Source: Lophium mytilinum (Eukaryota). From it: a stretch of DNA of 64,000 bases. The notes beneath the pieces were generated by a model. It saw only the letters and a list, made by a program, of their open reading frames with translations. It did no database searches and had not been told where the DNA came from. The position numbers and the translations under genes are program-made. The DNA is taken from positions 1,348,816 through 1,412,815 of the forward strand of contig MU004191.1 of NCBI GenBank assembly GCA_010093605.1, written 5' to 3'. Positions 1 through 12,999 of the stretch are shown here, piece by piece. Each line of letters starts with the position of its first letter. Positions within the stretch are counted from its first letter, which is position 1.

Positions 1-244
1 TCTGCACCTCAGCCTGCAAGCGTGCGTAAGTCCATGAATAGGCGTCGCAGTAGTAGCTCACAAGGGCGACTTAGCCAATCAAGACGCATGAGAATGTCAG
101 CCAGCCTCAGCTGAGCCGGGCGCCACCACTTCTAGAATAGACTTTAAAGCGACGAGACTGCACCTAATCTTTTCAAAGCAAACTCAGTCAGGCTCGACTT
201 CTTCAGCTCGGATTGTGGTGCTGTTCTGTTCGAGCTTCCCCACA

Positions 245-1829
245 ATGCTCTCCGCCGGAAGATCGACTGCCTTGGTAGCACTAGTCTACTTTGTCTCTAG
301 TACGGCTTCACATTCACTCGTAAGGATAGGGCTAGCGCTGTATATCTGCTAACGCTTTTTAGGTCTTCTTACATTCACTACCGCGGCTCGTGCTCCACGC
401 ATAAACGCGATTGTAGCAAGAGAAGATAATGCTGCGTCTTCTGCCTTTGTGTATGGGGTTGATGGCGGAAACATCAGTTTCGCCATAACTGCCGTCAAAT
501 CAAACGGTGACATCTGGTTCCATATGGCCGCACCTTCAAAATACTCTTACATTGCATTCGGTACTGGCACACAGATGGACGGCTCGACAATGCTCCTTGC
601 GTATGCCAGTTCAGATGGTAAAGGTATTTTCACGCTCCTAATCTAGACAGCCAAAGCCTCAAGCTTTCCACTACATGTTCTCAATACTCACTCCCTTCAG
701 GGGCAACACTTTCCCCTCGCACCTCCGGGGACCACGTCGAGCCGGAGTACAGCTCCAAGATCAAATGCAGCCTCGTTACTGACGGGTTCGAGAACGGTGT
801 CATAAACAAGACTCTCCTCGTGAACGGCCACTGCACGAACTTCACCGCCGCACAATCCGGCCAGAAAGGGGATTCAAAACTCAATTTTGACTCCACCCAG
901 CAGTCCTTCATCTTTGGTCTTGGCCCAACAACCCATACGCTCCACTCGAACGACTTGCATGCTGGCATCCGGCGGCATACCGAGTACGGCACCTTCGAGA
1001 TGGATATGACCAAGGCTAGCGTGCAGGACGACGACAGAGTGACCGTTCCCACTGGCGCTGCGGTGTGGACGAACTCGAATACGGGGAAGGCTGAGGATGT
1101 GACGACTGGAGATATGGACTACATCATTCCCATCCACGCCGCGGCTATGTGCGGCGCATTCGTGCTACTCTATCCCAGTGGCGTGCTCCTTCTGCGGGTC
1201 CTAGAAAAAGTACTGTGGCACGCCTGGATGCAAGGTCTAGCAACCATCGTAGCCATTCTCGGAGTGGGACTAGGGATCAAGCTCAGCCTAACTTACAACC
1301 ACGTAAGATCCTACCCTCTCTCAAGTCTCTGTTTTTACGTCGGACCGTTCTTTTAGCGTCCCCTAACCTCTTCCAGTCCAAATCTTTCAACAGCGCCCAC
1401 CAACTCCTCGGCCTCGTGGTCGTCCTCGCCTGCATCGTCCAATTCGCCCTCGGCTACCTCCACCATCGTGCCTACAAGCGCACGCAGCGGCCCACGCCCC
1501 TCGGCCGCATCCACCGATTCGCCGGGCCTGCGATTCTTCTGATTGGCATCGCCAACGGTTTCCTAGGCTTCGACTTTTCCGATGCAGCAAAACACAACCT
1601 CATGTATGGTATTGTGGTCGCGGTGGTGCTCGTCGCCACTGTGGGGTTGCTAGTTTGGGCCCGAATGCGGAACAGGCGGCGGGCGAAGAAGGCGACCAGT
1701 CAGGAGTTCGGGCTGCCGGGGTATGAAGGGATGAGAGGGGAAGTAGGGGATGATAGTAGTGGGTATGATGCAAGTAGGTATGGGAGCAATGTGCACCTAG
1801 GAGCTATGCAGCCGAGGCCGATGATGTAA
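245..1829 (+). CDS. CDH-cytochrome/DOMON-like domain plus cytochrome b561-like transmembrane protein (4 exons)
   Basis: ATG at 245 begins a signal peptide. Introns at about 300-362, 624-700 and 1303-1376 join the ORFs. DOMON-like motifs IWFHMAAPSKYSYIAFGTGTQMDGSTMLLAY and TLSPR; TM helices with heme-type His (IHAAAM, WHAWMQ, AHQLLG, IHRFAG). Confidence 0.8.
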
Positions 1830-2255
1830 TGGGTGGAGTTTTTCATGAGATGAATACGGAGATTGGCTCACAACAATTTTCTTCCGCCTAATTTCTCGTC
1901 ATTGATAGCGTTAGCGGTTATCTGAAGATCAAAACCTGAAGATATAGAAATGGTTGAAGAAAAGAACCTTGCCACTGTAGAAAACCCACTTTTCACCATT
2001 TCCCATCAAGATCTATCCAAAATACCTGAAGTACAGTGACAGGCCACAAGTCTGGGCACACTGGTACGCCACTGCTTGGGGTACCCCTACAAGGGTTTAA
2101 AGACTCAAGGGCGATGTCAAGCTTCAAGCAGTGCAGATTAGACTGCTCCTTGACTAATTGCCCGCTCAGCAGCCAGGCTACCCCTAACAGTGGTGTTAGG
2201 TGGGCAGACTGGAGCGATCTTGTGCCCAGACTTGTGGCCTAGGACTGTAGAATCA

Positions 2256-5200
2256 TCAAAGAAGATTCAACACTTCAGGTGGGCTGCTCATGATACTTTG
2301 CAAAGCTGCGAGTGTTGCCGACAGCTCAGAATTCGGCGTAGCAGTCGCTCCTCCCGTTGTCGCTGGAGCCAGCTGCACAGAAGCGTCCGATGCCCACCCT
2401 CTTATACTATTTGTCGCCTTTGCGTTACCCTTGCTGACAAAGTCTTTTACAAAAGATCTATGCTGCGAAGCTAAGGCTGTCGGAGTCGAAGCATACGTTC
2501 CCAGCGCGGAAGACGCGCTTGGATTAGCAGCGAGCGCTTGAACCAAAGCTAGGAGCGTATCTTCGACACCTGTAGCAGTCTCGTTGAGTTTCAACGCGAC
2601 ATTTCTTTCGGCCATGTAGCTTTGCGCTCTGCCCACGTTGGCCAAGAGAGCGAGCTTTTTATCCGGAGTTGCCGCGTTCCACTTCTCCTCCGCGATGATG
2701 TTGTTCGGGAAGGTAAAGATTCTCGCTTTGACGCTGTTGATGTTCTGCTTCAGAAACACGAGGAGGTCCTGGTTCGTAGTACTTCCCAGGCTTTCCATAA
2801 CCGCTTGGATCCACGTGTTCGCCGGATTGCTCGTGGTTGGCGTGCGGGGTGTATTCCAGAATATGTCAAAGATGTCATCACAGCTGAGCGTGCTTTCGAG
2901 AGTCTCAAGGAAGAGCGAGATCCAGTTGCCCTCGTAGATATGCTCGGCAGAGAACCCAACGTCGCCGATTTGGCTAGGGTTTGGTGGGTTCGAGGCTGTT
3001 GTGACTGCGAGATCTGTGCATTCAGTAGGATTTGCGGCTTGGTACCAATCACTGATAGTAATCGAGGCGAAGTTCATCCTGTCTGCGTAGTCGGGGTAAG
3101 TAGCCAACGTGATTTTGCTCGTGGTACCAGAACACTTGTAATTGTAGGTTCGTAGCCCCCGCTTCTCGAGTTGGCCTTTTAGTTCTCGGCGTTTCAAGAT
3201 GTCTGTCACAAAGACTTAGACTATGTATATAGAGGAGTGTCTTGGAAGAAATTGTGTGCTTACCAAAGTATTCAGCGGAGTCGTCGATCTCTTTACATTT
3301 CGAGCATCCTGTGATCGGGCATGCATCCGCAGTGGTCGTGTAAGATGCACTCGACATGGACAACGTGCTTGATGTTACGGAGGTGCTGAGAGAGAGGCCA
3401 GTGATCACTGGAGAGGAAGATTCGTCCGATAACTTGGATGTTTCCAATGGCTCCGGCTTCCTCGACCGAGTGGTGTTTTTGTAGCCGGTGAAAGTCGATA
3501 TGGATAGTAGTGTGACTGTTGATGAGTCGCTGTGCCGCACTGACCTAGCCGTGGTGGAAATAGATACTTCACTAGTCATGTCGGTAGCGGTCGAACTATC
3601 ACTTGATTGAGTTCTGGACTTCGAAAGTCGTTTGGTCGTTGGCTTTTGGGAAGGAGAGATATCAATCTCGGTCGTCTTCGTTTTCTCAGAAACGGCAGGA
3701 GTAGTTGAGATTCCTTCTTTAGAGATTGAAATAAGGGTAGAGGACTTTTTTGAGACCAGTTTCGAAGAGATCGGCTCTGATGTGGTGCGTAGTTCCGATT
3801 TCGTAATAGTTTTGGAAGGCTTCAGAGCCTTGGAATGACTTGCAGGATTTTTCTTGCCTGCGGTCGTCTTGGGTTCCTTCTTTTTTGCAGTCTTTTTTGC
3901 AGTCTTTTTTAGAGCCTTATTAGGGTTTACTAGTGTTCCTGTTTTCACGTTCTCCGCACCAAACGCAAAACACTTTGAGAACAATGGTCTTGTATCGCTC
4001 TATCACCACAATGTCAGACTAGAAGTGAGAATAGTTGCAATGTTGAGAGTTACGACGTACGTATAGTTCCTGAGTCCAGAAAGGATTCGCTTCGTTGCCA
4101 GCTGTAGCAGCCTGCACAGATAGGTCGACTCCAACATTTGCATTTACATCTACTCCAAGCGTATGAAGCCCACCACATACACCAGTAGAGTCTGAAGCCG
4201 TCATAATTAGCGGATAAGCCTACCAGTTGTTGGGGTCTTTTCGTCTTACCGAACATTGCAGTGAAATCTGCAGAGATGTCAGGTAGCTTCAGGTTCAGTC
4301 CGACTTCAAATCCTTTCCCTGTAGTTGATGTCAATGATACGTCCGTATGTCTTTAATTGGCGGAGTGGCCTACCCAGAGCTTTCGCAGTAAGCTTGATTT
4401 TCGGCTCCGCGAATATCTCAGCAGAACCTTCTACCTTTGCGCTGACTTGGAGGGGGATAGGAACTACATCCGGCATCCAACCCGAGAACTGGTTGTTTTC
4501 TGACTTCACTAGGTCGACCACAACGATAGCCGAATTAGGCAAAGTCATGCGGGCACCCATTGTTGCGTGAGCCTCGCCTTCCCACTCGGCCATAGAGAAG
4601 CCACTGCGATGTTACATTAGCTTCTAACAAGCACTGAAGACCGATGAAAGTATGAAGTATCTTACACGTCGACATCTAAGAACGCGCCGAGCTTCACAAT
4701 TTTGGCAATCTCGATTCCATCGATAGGGATTGATACAATGGTCTTTTCCCAGTTGTACGCCGACGAGAGAGTTCCGCTTTCAGACATTGAAACCTCTAGG
4801 AAGGCTGCAACATCTTTCGGGGATATGGTCATCTTGGCCGAAGATATCTTGAACAAAGCAACATCAATGTCAAAATCGACGTTGAGGGAACCGCTTGTCC
4901 CACAGTTTGAGCAATCAAGGGACATGTCCACTCCAAAGGCAGTGGTACTGAAAAAGTTGCGATTGAAGGAACTAGCAAGATTCATAGAGAAATCCGGATC
5001 ACCTCTGAGGGCAAGTCGCTTCTCCGGAGGCGGCGCTGGGGTATGGCCGACACTGAGACTGTAAGTGTGAGCAATCTCAGTCCAGTTCTTCTGATCTGCT
5101 GTCAGAAACGCCTTGGAATGCTGTGCATCATAGACTATGTTCGTAACTGTGAAAGGTTGTCGTTCTGCCGCAGGTCCGCAGCCTTCATAGTTCGCAATCA

Positions 5201-5664
5201 TAACGAAGGTATTGTTGACGTCGTTGTTGACCCAATTCCAGACTCGTTGCGCGTATGCGAAGCTTGTATTATCCTTGAACTCGAGCATCATGTGGTCCGA
5301 GCAGTCGACAGATTTAAGCATTCCAGCAAATCGCTCCATGGAGATTATGTTTTCATAATCCCCCGTGAAGTACAACGTCAAGTTGGCGTATACAATGTCT
5401 CCAGCACCTATGACATTTGTTAGATTGGTGCAAAGACCTAGACGCGGGAAAATTGAGCATACTATATCCACCCCAATAGAAAGTCTCGAAATCTTGTAGG
5501 TCCAGTGATTCGGTGTGATTCCACTGCCGTTTCTGGTGGCCATGCTGACCACCAGTCAAATCGTCAGGGTGAGAGACGGGAAACAATTTCAAAGCCAGGG
5601 TATCAGGAAGTAGCAAAAGGAGCGTGAGAATCGAGAGACCTAATGAGTAGATCTGTCGATACAT
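2256..5664 (-). CDS. Large secreted multidomain protein (~1000 aa): signal peptide, DUF7029/DUF7223-like region, K/S/T-rich linker, C-terminal helical domain
   Basis: MYRQIYSLGLSILTLLLLLPDTLA signal at 5664. ORFs 4662-5552, 4306-4593, 4050-4334, 4019-4204, 3049-3984 and 2256-3209 are linked by GT-AG introns (e.g. gtacgt...gatag giving ELY|SDTRPLFSKCF; gtaagc...gacag giving EYF|DILKRR). DUF names are from recollection only. Confidence 0.7.
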
Positions 5665-5878
5665 ATCCAGCGCAGTGAGTACTGTAACGAGTGAAAGATT
5701 TGATAGACTTAGAGAAGCACGATCAAAGTACAAAAAGCGAAAGATCTGAAAGACGATATCTTGAAGGAATGGAATGTTGTGACAAAATATGCTAGAGAGC
5801 GATCTACATTTATAGTTCGTATACAGATTCCCTCATTCTCCTAGGCACTTCCGTGGCTGGACCTGACTTACGGGAAGG

Positions 5879-6040
5879 TTGTTCAAGGGCGTGGCTTGTA
5901 GCAGCCGATATGTATTCCGCAACACCAACGGTGACTTGTGAACTTGACATACGAGAACTGTGCTATTCAAGGGCATACCTTGTAGCAGCCAAGATCTATC
6001 TCGCAACACCGACGGATGCTTCTGCACTGACAAGAGATGG
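5879..6040. repeat. Diverged tandem duplication, period 84 bp
   Basis: ttcaagggcgtggcttgtagcagccgatatgtattccgcaacaccaacgg (5882) vs ttcaagggcataccttgtagcagccaagatctatctcgcaacaccgacgg (5966). Confidence 0.75.
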
Positions 6041-7041
6041 GGGCGGCATGGTGTTGGTTGCCCATTCGCTACTGTCGGGAATTACAGTTTGGAGTACAGG
6101 AGAGGGCAGACAATACACGAGCCTTGGCTCGTACAAACCATCGGAGTGGCTTTAGCAATGCCACGGCCAAGACAGGGCTGAAACGTGGAGAGGTGAGAGC
6201 GAGACACTCTCCTCCCGTGAGGCTAAATTTGGCTGGCCATGCAGACTCTTATGGACGAAAATAGGCTAGACAGGTGCTGGAAATGAACCACTCCGCACCT
6301 GAGGTTCAATTTGGATAGAGAGTTCTCAAAGCTTGCTGTGACACGCCATCTTGTCCTCGTGGTGCATCCTGGACTTAGCGCCACTGATGCTTTCAACTCT
6401 GCTTGAAAAAGTTGCACACCGTCAGGGTCCTCTAGGGGTAACAGTGGCAGTGACAAGGCCACGAGATACCTGTACCTAGAGTAGCTGAAGATGAAATACA
6501 TAGGTGTGCTGCTATATTCGGCGCAGCGCGTAGTGGAACAAAGCCAAGGTTGGGGGCTGATATATTTCATCGAAACACAACACGAGGAATACGGGTCAGT
6601 GCTAGAATAACCGACCGAGAAACGTCAGCTCGAGGCCAAGCCCGATACTTCGGCAAGCCGAGGTGCCCCGATGGATGGCAGGAGATAGCGGTGAGGTTGT
6701 GAGAGGCAAATGGTGTTCAGTGGAAGAAGGGCCTTGGCTCCGAATCTTCTGCATGGTCACTTCCTTTCCTTTCTTATCGGCAAACAAGGCTTTTGATAGC
6801 TAGCAGAATATCTGTCAACAATTCGTGAGCTAAAGAATCTCATCGTGAATGGGAATCGAGAATAAATGATGATGAAGCGAGTAGAGTCTTGTGCGGAGTG
6901 CTCATAAGGCGCTTTTGCATTGCCGCTAACCAGTTTAAGCAGGGTGCGCACCAAGCCGCTAATCCTTCACTCGTCCACCGCCCGGCAGTATATTCAGAGT
7001 TCAGGCGCAGAGCTTCGTTGGGCAAAACACGACATCACAAC

Positions 7042-8883
7042 ATGACCTCGATCGACGATCTCTTCAAGAAACCGAACCTCCCCTCGAAGCGCAAGCTCGA
7101 AGACCTCCCAGACCCCTCGAAATCCTACAAGTCCGCAAAAGTATCCACCAATGGCCACGTCAAGCAGTACGCGACACCTTTCGCGGTGGATGAGATAGAT
7201 GAGGAAGAGGAGGCAGGGCCGCAGTTGCCCTCCGATATCCAGCCAGAGGATGGACCTAACGAAGATGATGAAGGCCGATTCTTTGGCACCGGCATAGACG
7301 ACAACGCCAAACAAGCTCTCGATTACTTAGACACACGAGAGGCTGAGGAACGATTCGTGGACGAGAAGATAGACAGCTCTTGGCTCCGTAAGCTGGCCCT
7401 GAACTTCGAAAAGCGGATATCAAAGAACTCTGAGCTCCGCGCGAAGTTTGAGGACGAGCCTCAGAAGTTCATAAACTCTGAAGCCGACTTGGATACGGAC
7501 ATCAAAACGCTATCGATCCTTTCCGAACATCCAGAGCTATACGAAGAATTTGCAAAGCTGGGCTGTGTCAATTCACTAGTGTCGTTGTTGGCCCACGAAA
7601 ACACCGACATTGCGATTGATGCAATCGAGATCATTTCTGAGCTCACAGACGACGACGTCGAGGCCACTCCCGAGCAATGGGATGCGCTTTTCGCGGCAAT
7701 GTTTGAGGCAGATCTGTTGGGACTGCTTGTCTCGAACTTCTCACGTTTTCACGAAGATAATGAGGCTGACCGTAGTGGCGTATACCACTCTCTCAGTGTC
7801 ATAGAGAACCTGGCCTCCCAACCCGCCAACTCGGACCGCATAGGCAGAGACACCGCCCTTTCCAAATGGCTACTCGACCGCATACAGAAGATAGAGTCAT
7901 CCGTATCCCAGAACAAGCAATACGCGGCCGAAATCCTCGCTATTCTATCCCAGTCCTCCTCGCTCAACCGTAAACGCTTAAGCGACCTCGACGCCGTCAA
8001 TATATTCCTTGAACTCCTTGCGGCATACCGAAAGCGCGACCCACATAAGGACGGAGAGGAAGAAGAATATGTCGAAAACCTCTTCGATTGCCTCACTTGT
8101 TTAGTGGATGAGCCGGAAGGAAAGACGAAGTTTGTGGAAGGTGAAGGGGTCGAGCTATGTCTAATTATGCTACGAGAAGGAAAGATGAGCAAGCCGCGGG
8201 CGTTGCGGGTACTAGATCATGCTGTGGGCTACGCCGAGGCCAAGGAGCCTGATCCCAGTTCTAAAAAAGGCAAGTCTAAGAGGGAAGAAGAAGAGAGTGT
8301 CAACCCAAACCGCGGTGCCTTAGTCTGCGAGAAAGTGGTAGAAGCTGCTGGCTTGAAGACGATTTTCCGCATGTTCATGAAGAAGCAAGACGCTGCAACT
8401 ACCGAGCACCTCCTAGGTATTTTCGCCGCTATGCTTCGATCATTACCTGCAATGTCAGCTGCCCGGATACGCACTCTTGCTAAGTTCATGGAGAAGGACT
8501 ACGAAAAGATCACAAAACTGGTCACTTTGAGGAGGGATTTTGCCGGGCGAGTCGAGATGGTGGACGCACGGATCAAGGAGGAAAGGAGGAATCTGAGCAA
8601 GGAAGAAGTTGACACTATGGCGGATAATTGGTTTTCTCAACGTCTGGACGGAGGTTTGTTCAGTCTACAAATGGTAGATGTGATCCTCGCATGGTTAATC
8701 GCGGAAGACGATGGCGCGAAGGCAGCGATCGTTAAGGCGCTAGCCGAACGCGATGAAAGTGTGGACGACATCAAAATAACTCTGCGAGAGCAGCTGACTG
8801 AAATTGACGCGGTCACTGGGGATGGTTCGGAGCAGGCAAACCTACGGGAGATGCTGGAAACTTTGGTTGGATTTTTGGTATGA
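7042..8883 (+). CDS. CTNNBL1: Beta-catenin-like protein 1 (Prp19/NTC-associated spliceosomal armadillo protein)
   Basis: Intronless ORF from MTSIDDLFK. Motifs NSELRAKFEDEPQKFINSEADLD, SLLAHENTDIAI, NKQYAAEILAIL, EYVENLFDCL, RLDGGLFSLQ. Confidence 0.92.
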   Translation: MTSIDDLFKKPNLPSKRKLEDLPDPSKSYKSAKVSTNGHVKQYATPFAVDEIDEEEEAGPQLPSDIQPEDGPNEDDEGRFFGTGIDDNAKQALDYLDTREAEERFVDEKIDSSWLRKLALNFEKRISKNSELRAKFEDEPQKFINSEADLDTDIKTLSILSEHPELYEEFAKLGCVNSLVSLLAHENTDIAIDAIEIISELTDDDVEATPEQWDALFAAMFEADLLGLLVSNFSRFHEDNEADRSGVYHSLSVIENLASQPANSDRIGRDTALSKWLLDRIQKIESSVSQNKQYAAEILAILSQSSSLNRKRLSDLDAVNIFLELLAAYRKRDPHKDGEEEEYVENLFDCLTCLVDEPEGKTKFVEGEGVELCLIMLREGKMSKPRALRVLDHAVGYAEAKEPDPSSKKGKSKREEEESVNPNRGALVCEKVVEAAGLKTIFRMFMKKQDAATTEHLLGIFAAMLRSLPAMSAARIRTLAKFMEKDYEKITKLVTLRRDFAGRVEMVDARIKEERRNLSKEEVDTMADNWFSQRLDGGLFSLQMVDVILAWLIAEDDGAKAAIVKALAERDESVDDIKITLREQLTEIDAVTGDGSEQANLREMLETLVGFLV

Positions 8884-9851
8884 AAATCTGATATTCAAGA
8901 CTGCATTGTGGTCATGATCATAAACATACATCCTGTCCAAAGTGCTGAGGTTCCGTTGAAGAAAGTCGGATAGTGGTGAGTGAGTGTCCACATATTGATA
9001 AGCTTTTAGCGGTGTACCATGGATGAAGCAAAACTGTAATGTTTCTAGATGCAAAAACTATCCTTGGAACCTCCACGTACTTCGTCACCTGCCTCGATGG
9101 ACGCACCATAAAAACTCAACGTCCTCAGATTTTTATTCTCACAGCTTCTTCGAACTCGACTTTATCAAACATCATAAGAATGTCATTAACGACTACCTCC
9201 TCCAGTGTTCTTGCTTTCATTTGTCATGCTGGAGCGGCTTCATCGTCGAGCCTCCTCAAGATGGCCGTCATAGCTACCTCTCGCCATGTACCCAGTTTTG
9301 CTAGTCAAGCTCGAGCGCCTGTTAGGCGCCCTTTGTTGAACCATTTTCAATTCAATGCCGCTAGAGGTATGCTTTAATTTCAAGTCTCTGAAAATGTATT
9401 AGGACATAAGCCTATAGACACGTCACTGCCACTGTTTGGGGTTGCTTAAATATCTTCGAAAGACTTCACAGGACCTGTAAGTATGTCACCGCAACCTCTT
9501 GTCTGGCCTTTCGACATTCCAGATCGAAAGAATGCCTAGCTGAGCCACTCGAATGTCGTGGTGGCCGTCTATCAGATAAAATTGAAAAGGCATAAGCACC
9601 ATATGCAACAACTAGCAAAGTGTACACAGGCTTGGGTTCTAGAATTGTTCAAATATCTCCATTCTACCAAGAGCTACTTGCTAACTCGCCACAGGCACAG
9701 CCAACGCAGCGATGACCTCTCGTTCAACCAGCCGTAGACTCAGGGCTCCAGCCGCCGCATGGGGCAACTCCCAGACCTTCCATACCGCTCGCTACTCAAC
9801 CTTCCATAGAGAGAGTAAGAGATACCCCCCTCCCGTCTCCTCACCACTGAC

Positions 9852-10394
9852 TTGCCAGACCTCGCCGGAGATCTCTCCCGCACCACCCCCATCACTTCCC
9901 TCGCCCAGCCCCAAGACCAATCCGTCCGCAACGCCCTCCACCACAGTACGCCATTCCCCCCTTTCCCTTACCCCCAACCCAGCACGCCCTCACCTAACAC
10001 GCAACCAGCCGTCACCCAAGACATCAAACACCTAAAAGAAACCAACGAGCGCCTGGAAGCCGACAACCGCCAACTCGAAACCGCCGAGCGCCTCCCCTCC
10101 CACAACACCACCCTGCTCTCGCTCAACAAGCGCCTCTACGAGAAAAACGTGTCCCTGCGCCAGGAAAACACGGCGATGCAGCAGCAGGTCGAGCAGCTGC
10201 AGCTCCAGTGTTTCGTAAAGGCGCACACGCCTCACCCAGCTACACCGAAAAACGCCTCTCCATCGCCGCCGCGAGTCTCCAGCGTCGTGGTGGAGCGGGG
10301 AGAGGTCGTGGTCGTGGAGGGGGGTGAAGTGGGTTGGGTGGATGGCGGGGAGTTTTGGGCTGATGTTTTGGGGGACGGGGACGCACGACTGTGA
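9852..10394 (+). CDS. Hypothetical protein with coiled-coil segment (start uncertain)
   Basis: Open frame with heptad-like LKETNERLEADNRQL...LYEKNVSLRQENTAMQQQVEQL and the local C-rich to G-rich gene signature. The upstream frame contains stops. Confidence 0.35.
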   Translation: MPDLAGDLSRTTPITSLAQPQDQSVRNALHHSTPFPPFPYPQPSTPSPNTQPAVTQDIKHLKETNERLEADNRQLETAERLPSHNTTLLSLNKRLYEKNVSLRQENTAMQQQVEQLQLQCFVKAHTPHPATPKNASPSPPRVSSVVVERGEVVVVEGGEVGWVDGGEFWADVLGDGDARL

Positions 10395-11260
10395 TTTAAC
10401 GCTTTGGGGCTTCTTGTGGGCGTACTTGGGGATGATGTGGCTTATATTTGCTTTTTAGATGGGGGGTGGGTGAGATGGGGTAGTGGTCGTGAGGGGATGA
10501 GTTCTACACTCAATCGTATGTTAGTTATGTAGATGTACATAGGAAGGAAATCTCAATGCTCGTGATACCTATTGTAGTCGTTTTCGCTTGGTATTTATAG
10601 GGAAGCGACGTGTTAGGTATCTTCATCAACACACTATGCTAACATTAGGATTAGCCTGGAGCATATGAAAAGCTTACAGGGGATCAATCACTATGTATGG
10701 GTCGCTCGTCTTTTCGCCTAGAGCTATGAATGCAATTGCGGAGAAGTGAGTTTGCTAGAACCCGAGTTGCACGCACGGTGGGCTCGACGGGTTGTGAGTT
10801 CGCCGAGCTGCCTTATATGTGTATTGGATGGTCCTTAGAAGCTACGAGCAGCTTCATCCTGTCAACCTCGACGTACGCGTGCCAGACGCTCGAATCGGAA
10901 GCGTCTGAAAACGGTATATTCGCAACTATATGGGGTGCTTCACATCATTACCTTTTTTGCCAGGGTGCCACTTGTAATGCGACAAAGCTCGACTTACTAG
11001 ATCGTGGATTGTGCGAAGTCATACTGTGAAGATTCAGGTTGGTTGACCACGTCACATTCGCTAAATGGAGATCTTTCCTGTTTGATCAAGCGAACTCCAG
11101 TTGTGAGTATAAGGAAGAAGGAAATTTGAAGAACGTGATTGTATTAGAGGTCTGCTAGGTAACTCGGACGGATTAAGTAGAGAGTGAAGGCATACAAGCG
11201 CCAGGCCCGAACGACTTCAGGGGTCAGTCAGAGTGAAGGTTTAATTCGCTCGTTGGGGAA

Positions 11261-12553
11261 TCATGAAATGAAAGTCGCCTCGGTGTAGCAAGCCCCCTTC
11301 TCCTGAATAACCTCGTCGCCAATCTTGAGCGTCAGTTCCAACTTCGGGGCATATTGGTAGATGTAGGGCCTCGTGCCAGCCGCGGCCGCCACGATGTTCT
11401 TGACAAAGCCAGGCACCTCGGCCATGACGTCCACGCGATCTAGTCGCTTGCCTAGGGCTCCATCAATGTCTGCCACAACGGCCTGGCCCTCGGCCGTCTT
11501 CCCTTCCCAGTGGTATTTCGCCGCGGTTGGTTCAGGCCAGTCGTTCTCTGAGTCCTGGGTGACTGCGGTGTGTGTGCAGATGCCCATGTTGCCAGCTGTG
11601 AGTATCTTGCCATCCTTGACAATCCCTCCTACTCGCACAACAGTGTCACCATATGAAGGCGGCGTGATGAATTCCATCATAACGGCTGAATAAGTAGGTC
11701 CTTGGAAGTTGGCGAAATTCCAGCGGCAAGCTGTATTAGGATTAGCATATGCTTTTAAAGGGGCTACTTCCAGACGTGCCTGCATGATGTGGCTTCATTC
11801 CCTGCAGCGCGAAAGAGAAGAATCCTTTGCCCAGGAAATCGATCTCGCCCGCTTTAGTGATGATGCTCCCCTCGACATGGCATCTAGGCCAGAAGGCGTG
11901 GCGCATCGAGCCCCACGGCTCCTTGGGATCGGTTCCGTAGGTGGTGGTGCCATTCTTCCCCGCCATGAAGCCAGGGGCTGTCCGTATGATCTTGAGGTTC
12001 ACCAAGCTCGCTTCGTTGGTAGCAGACTTGATGGTATAAAAGGACCCGTCCTCGGACAGCTCCATGGAGCAGCCATCAGCAAAGAAGCTAAACTTGTCGT
12101 CGTCGAAGTCGATATTCGACAAGGGGTCCGAGGACCAGAGATTCGGGGTGGTGCCATCAGGATAGTAGATTTTGGTGTTGAACTGACAGGTGGTGCGGAG
12201 GCCGCTGTAGGCAGTAAGTACTTAGCACAGGCTCTGCTGCAGGACGCTGGCTTTCCTCTTACGCGATGTTGTTATAGATGATCTGGACCCAGCCCACGTA
12301 GCCATTATCGGCGGTGAGGTAGAAGGTCTGTGTCTCAACGCAGGTCGACTCCATGGCGGCCCATCGCAGGTCGTTCTTGGTCAGCTCGGTGAAGCCATGC
12401 TCGGTCTGCTGCTTGTTCACGGACTGAATGGCTCCGGGCCCGTAGATGGGCTCTTGGGTGCCGGCGACATTGGCCAGCCTAGAGAATCGTGATCAGTGAG
12501 GTCATAGGGGCGGGGAGGCGGGCCACTGACTGCTGCTTGGCCCAGTTGAACAT
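11261..12553 (-). CDS. SVF1: Survival factor 1 (Svf1)
   Basis: [22 protein letters not shown] start; [48 protein letters not shown]; ends EATFIS. Confidence 0.92.
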
Positions 12554-12999
12554 TTTACGCGTACGTCGGGGCACTATTATATCCAAGTGGTGAGCGTGTG
12601 TATGCAAGGGCAGTGGGGTCCCAAAGTGGTAAGGATAAAGATATGGGAGGAGTGGCTGCAGAGTGGCGGGCGACTTCGGGGCGGAGGTTAGGTACTGTTG
12701 GCACTGTTGAGCGGGACTCGGTGGCTGCTAGGGCGGGCAGGGATGCCGGTGCAGATGTGTTCTCGCAGACCTCGGGAGCGGCGCAGGCGACAGGGCGACA
12801 GGGCGACGGGATGACTCGGCGGGAGATTTGGTGGGCAGACTGCGAGCAGACGGCAGAGTTTGCTGGCGCGATCTCGGCTTCAATAGAGCCTTTGTGCAGC
12901 GGGCCTTCCCTCAAGGAAAATCAAATTTTTTCGACGGCCGGCTGAACCTCGGGGGCTCACGTAAGTGAACTTGACCGATTCAGGCTGTATCAACCTCAT

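Noticed and set aside
6889..7041. N-terminal extension of the CTNNBL1 ORF from a non-ATG start in the ORF track
   Set aside because: Bacterial-style start call; the family-like N-terminus begins at ATG 7042.
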